Assembly (NCBI GenBank): GCA_039208735.1
Contig: JBCCQY010000064.1
Coordinates: 1 to 44,276, forward strand
DNA: 44,276 nucleotides
Origin: Myxococcota bacterium
Lineage (GTDB): Bacteria > Myxococcota_A > UBA796 > GCA-2862545
Direction of reading: 5' to 3'
Below are positions 42,584 through 44,276 of this stretch, one piece after another; within the stretch, counting starts at the first letter, position 1, and each line of letters opens with the position of its first letter. A model generated the notes under the pieces. That model did no database searches, had not been told where the DNA came from, and saw only the letters and a list, made by a program, of their open reading frames with translations. A program made the position numbers and the translations under genes.

Positions 42584-43594
42584 TTACTCTGGATTGGAGC
42601 GAAGAAATTCGCGGACTAGGGTCTGAAGCTGGCGTTGAGCCACCACGCTCTCCCGCAGATCGTCCAGGGCCAAACCCGCTTCGTCTGCGCGTTGGTGCAA
42701 ATCGAGCATCGCCTTCAAATCGATGCGGGTCGACAGGTCGAGAAGGACCCGTTCGATGCCTGGATACGCAACCAAGACGTCTTTCCGAGCCAAGGGAGCC
42801 GGACGGTAGTCAAGAAAATAGGAACGGTCGTCCTCGACCCGCACAAGGGCTGGGTTCTCGGAGAGTTCCGGGTCGGTCGTGTACGCAATTCCCACGTCAG
42901 CGCGTTGGTCACGCATCCGTTCGTAGAGCAACTCGTGCTTGTCGATATTGTGGTTCATTAATTCGATGCCTGGATACGCTTTGATTAGCCCGGGCAGCGC
43001 GTCGCGACGTCGGAAGAAATCGGGTGAGGCTCCCAACGTAAGGCCAGGTGCGTTCGCCGCCAGCTCGCTGAGTCGAAGGGTCCCATCCGACAGCAATCCG
43101 AGTTCCTCCGCACGTGGGCGCAACATCACAGGTTGGTAGTTGCTCGAATACTGGAAGGGGGTCAGCCACGTCAGATCGGACTGTTCCGCCTGCAGAATGG
43201 AACGAACCCACTCGGGGTCACCATGATTGGCGGCGGTACTCACCGATGGATCTTGGCCAAGCAGTTGAACCACCAGGGTGGAGCTGTACTCGGGGTAGAG
43301 ATCGATGTCACCTCGATCCAGCCCTGTCAGGAATTCGGCATTCGGGATGCGCGGGTAATCGATGGGGTCGACGGGGTAGCCCGCCTCCAACAGCGATTGG
43401 GCCATCAGCTCGGCAAGAATGGCTGACTCGAGGAAGTTTTTGCCGACGATTCGGATGGGACCTGGAGGGCGACCGACCATCGAGGGTGGAATTGCGAACC
43501 AGATGAGCAGGCCGAGTGCGAGCGCGCCCAGGAGCAAGGGCCCCCGGTGCGAAGGCTCCGCATCGAGCGGTTCTTGGAGGTTGGCCGTAGTCAA
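42584..43594 (-). CDS. OpuAC/OsmF-like quaternary-amine substrate-binding protein, membrane-anchored, no transporter genes adjacent
   Basis: GKNFLES.IL, DIDLYPEYSST, FFRRRDALPGL..Y, YTTDP and EDDRSYF..Y. One N-terminal TM. GGAGG plus TTG start. Confidence 0.85.
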   Translation of the reverse strand: MTTANLQEPLDAEPSHRGPLLLGALALGLLIWFAIPPSMVGRPPGPIRIVGKNFLESAILAELMAQSLLEAGYPVDPIDYPRIPNAEFLTGLDRGDIDLYPEYSSTLVVQLLGQDPSVSTAANHGDPEWVRSILQAEQSDLTWLTPFQYSSNYQPVMLRPRAEELGLLSDGTLRLSELAANAPGLTLGASPDFFRRRDALPGLIKAYPGIELMNHNIDKHELLYERMRDQRADVGIAYTTDPELSENPALVRVEDDRSYFLDYRPAPLARKDVLVAYPGIERVLLDLSTRIDLKAMLDLHQRADEAGLALDDLRESVVAQRQLQTLVREFLRSNPE

Positions 43595-43673
43595 CGAGCC
43601 TCCTCAGGTGTGGCGGTGATGCCCCAACAGCGCCACGCGGGTATCGCGACCTGAAGGCCGTGTCGACGGCGGC

Positions 43674-44156
43674 TTACTCGTCGAAGCTCAGGGTTAGGGT
43701 CGCCCGATCGTCCGCTGGATCCAGCTCGCGAACTACACTTTCTTGAGACACGATGGCATCGCCCGACAATTCAAGCGTGACCGGCTCGGTACCCGCTCGG
43801 GAAACCAGAAAGCGGACCTCAACCACGCACATCTCTTCGTCGCATGGGCGGTAGACGCCCTCAACGTTGAGCTGGTTTTCTTCCTGAAACCTGACGAGTC
43901 GCCCTGGCGCGACATTGGGGAAGGCGAGGACCCAGCCCTGGGGAGGGTCGGACTCGGCCGTCAGGCGCAGCGCATTGCTGACCTCCAGATCCTGCCTGGG
44001 TAGCCCGTCGGACGCGTACGTCAGGGTTGCGGTTCCGCCGATTTCGGTCACGCCTTCGGCCACCTGAAGGGAGGCCATGTCGTCTGGAGCAAAGATCCAG
44101 GTCTCAGTTGTGCATGCCATCGCACCAATTGTGACGCCGCACAGTAGCCAACGCAT
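43674..44156 (-). CDS. Hypothetical lipoprotein
   Basis: ATG 44156 with upstream GGAG and lipobox AMAC. The frame is also open to the window edge, so the start is not certain. Confidence 0.7.
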   Translation of the reverse strand: MRWLLCGVTIGAMACTTETWIFAPDDMASLQVAEGVTEIGGTATLTYASDGLPRQDLEVSNALRLTAESDPPQGWVLAFPNVAPGRLVRFQEENQLNVEGVYRPCDEEMCVVEVRFLVSRAGTEPVTLELSGDAIVSQESVVRELDPADDRATLTLSFDE

Positions 44157-44276
44157 TCGTTCTCCACGGGTGGGGCCGTTTCGCACTCGGTCGGTTCCGT
44201 CTATGACCTGACCATCATCCCGCGCGGCAAAGCCGCAGATGATGCCCTCAGCTGTGATTTCTACGAGGTTGCGAAC

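Overview
GC-rich, gene-dense bacterial window of mostly accessory genes. It holds about 38 credible CDSs. I see no rRNA, tRNA, CRISPR array, transposase or integrase. The gene content (MopE-type Cys/Asp repeat lipoproteins, D-T/D-A repeat lipoproteins, TIGR02147 protein, ECF sigma plus Ser/Thr kinase-FGE pair, double-FHA membrane protein) suggests a Myxococcota-like organism, which is an inference. The standout locus is a 1827-aa polymorphic-toxin-like protein (13201-18684). After a helical stalk and a hydrophobic Gly/Ala-rich segment it carries three tandem modules separated by an identical PGSRA linker: a JAB/MPN-like HTHP domain, an AvrB/Fido-like domain and a C-terminal FolD-like (methylene-THF dehydrogenase/cyclohydrolase) domain. 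A translationally coupled candidate immunity gene follows it. Other notable items are a Tes/MJ0619-like radical SAM plus Lgt-like operon, a Cache-fused pentameric ligand-gated ion channel, a lipoprotein with an N-terminal Hint (BIL) domain, paired palindromic operators next to a WYL regulator, a palindrome upstream of the TIGR02147 gene, an internally deleted MAPEG pseudogene and two distant paralogues of an unnamed secreted family. All family assignments come from motif recognition by eye; no searches were run.
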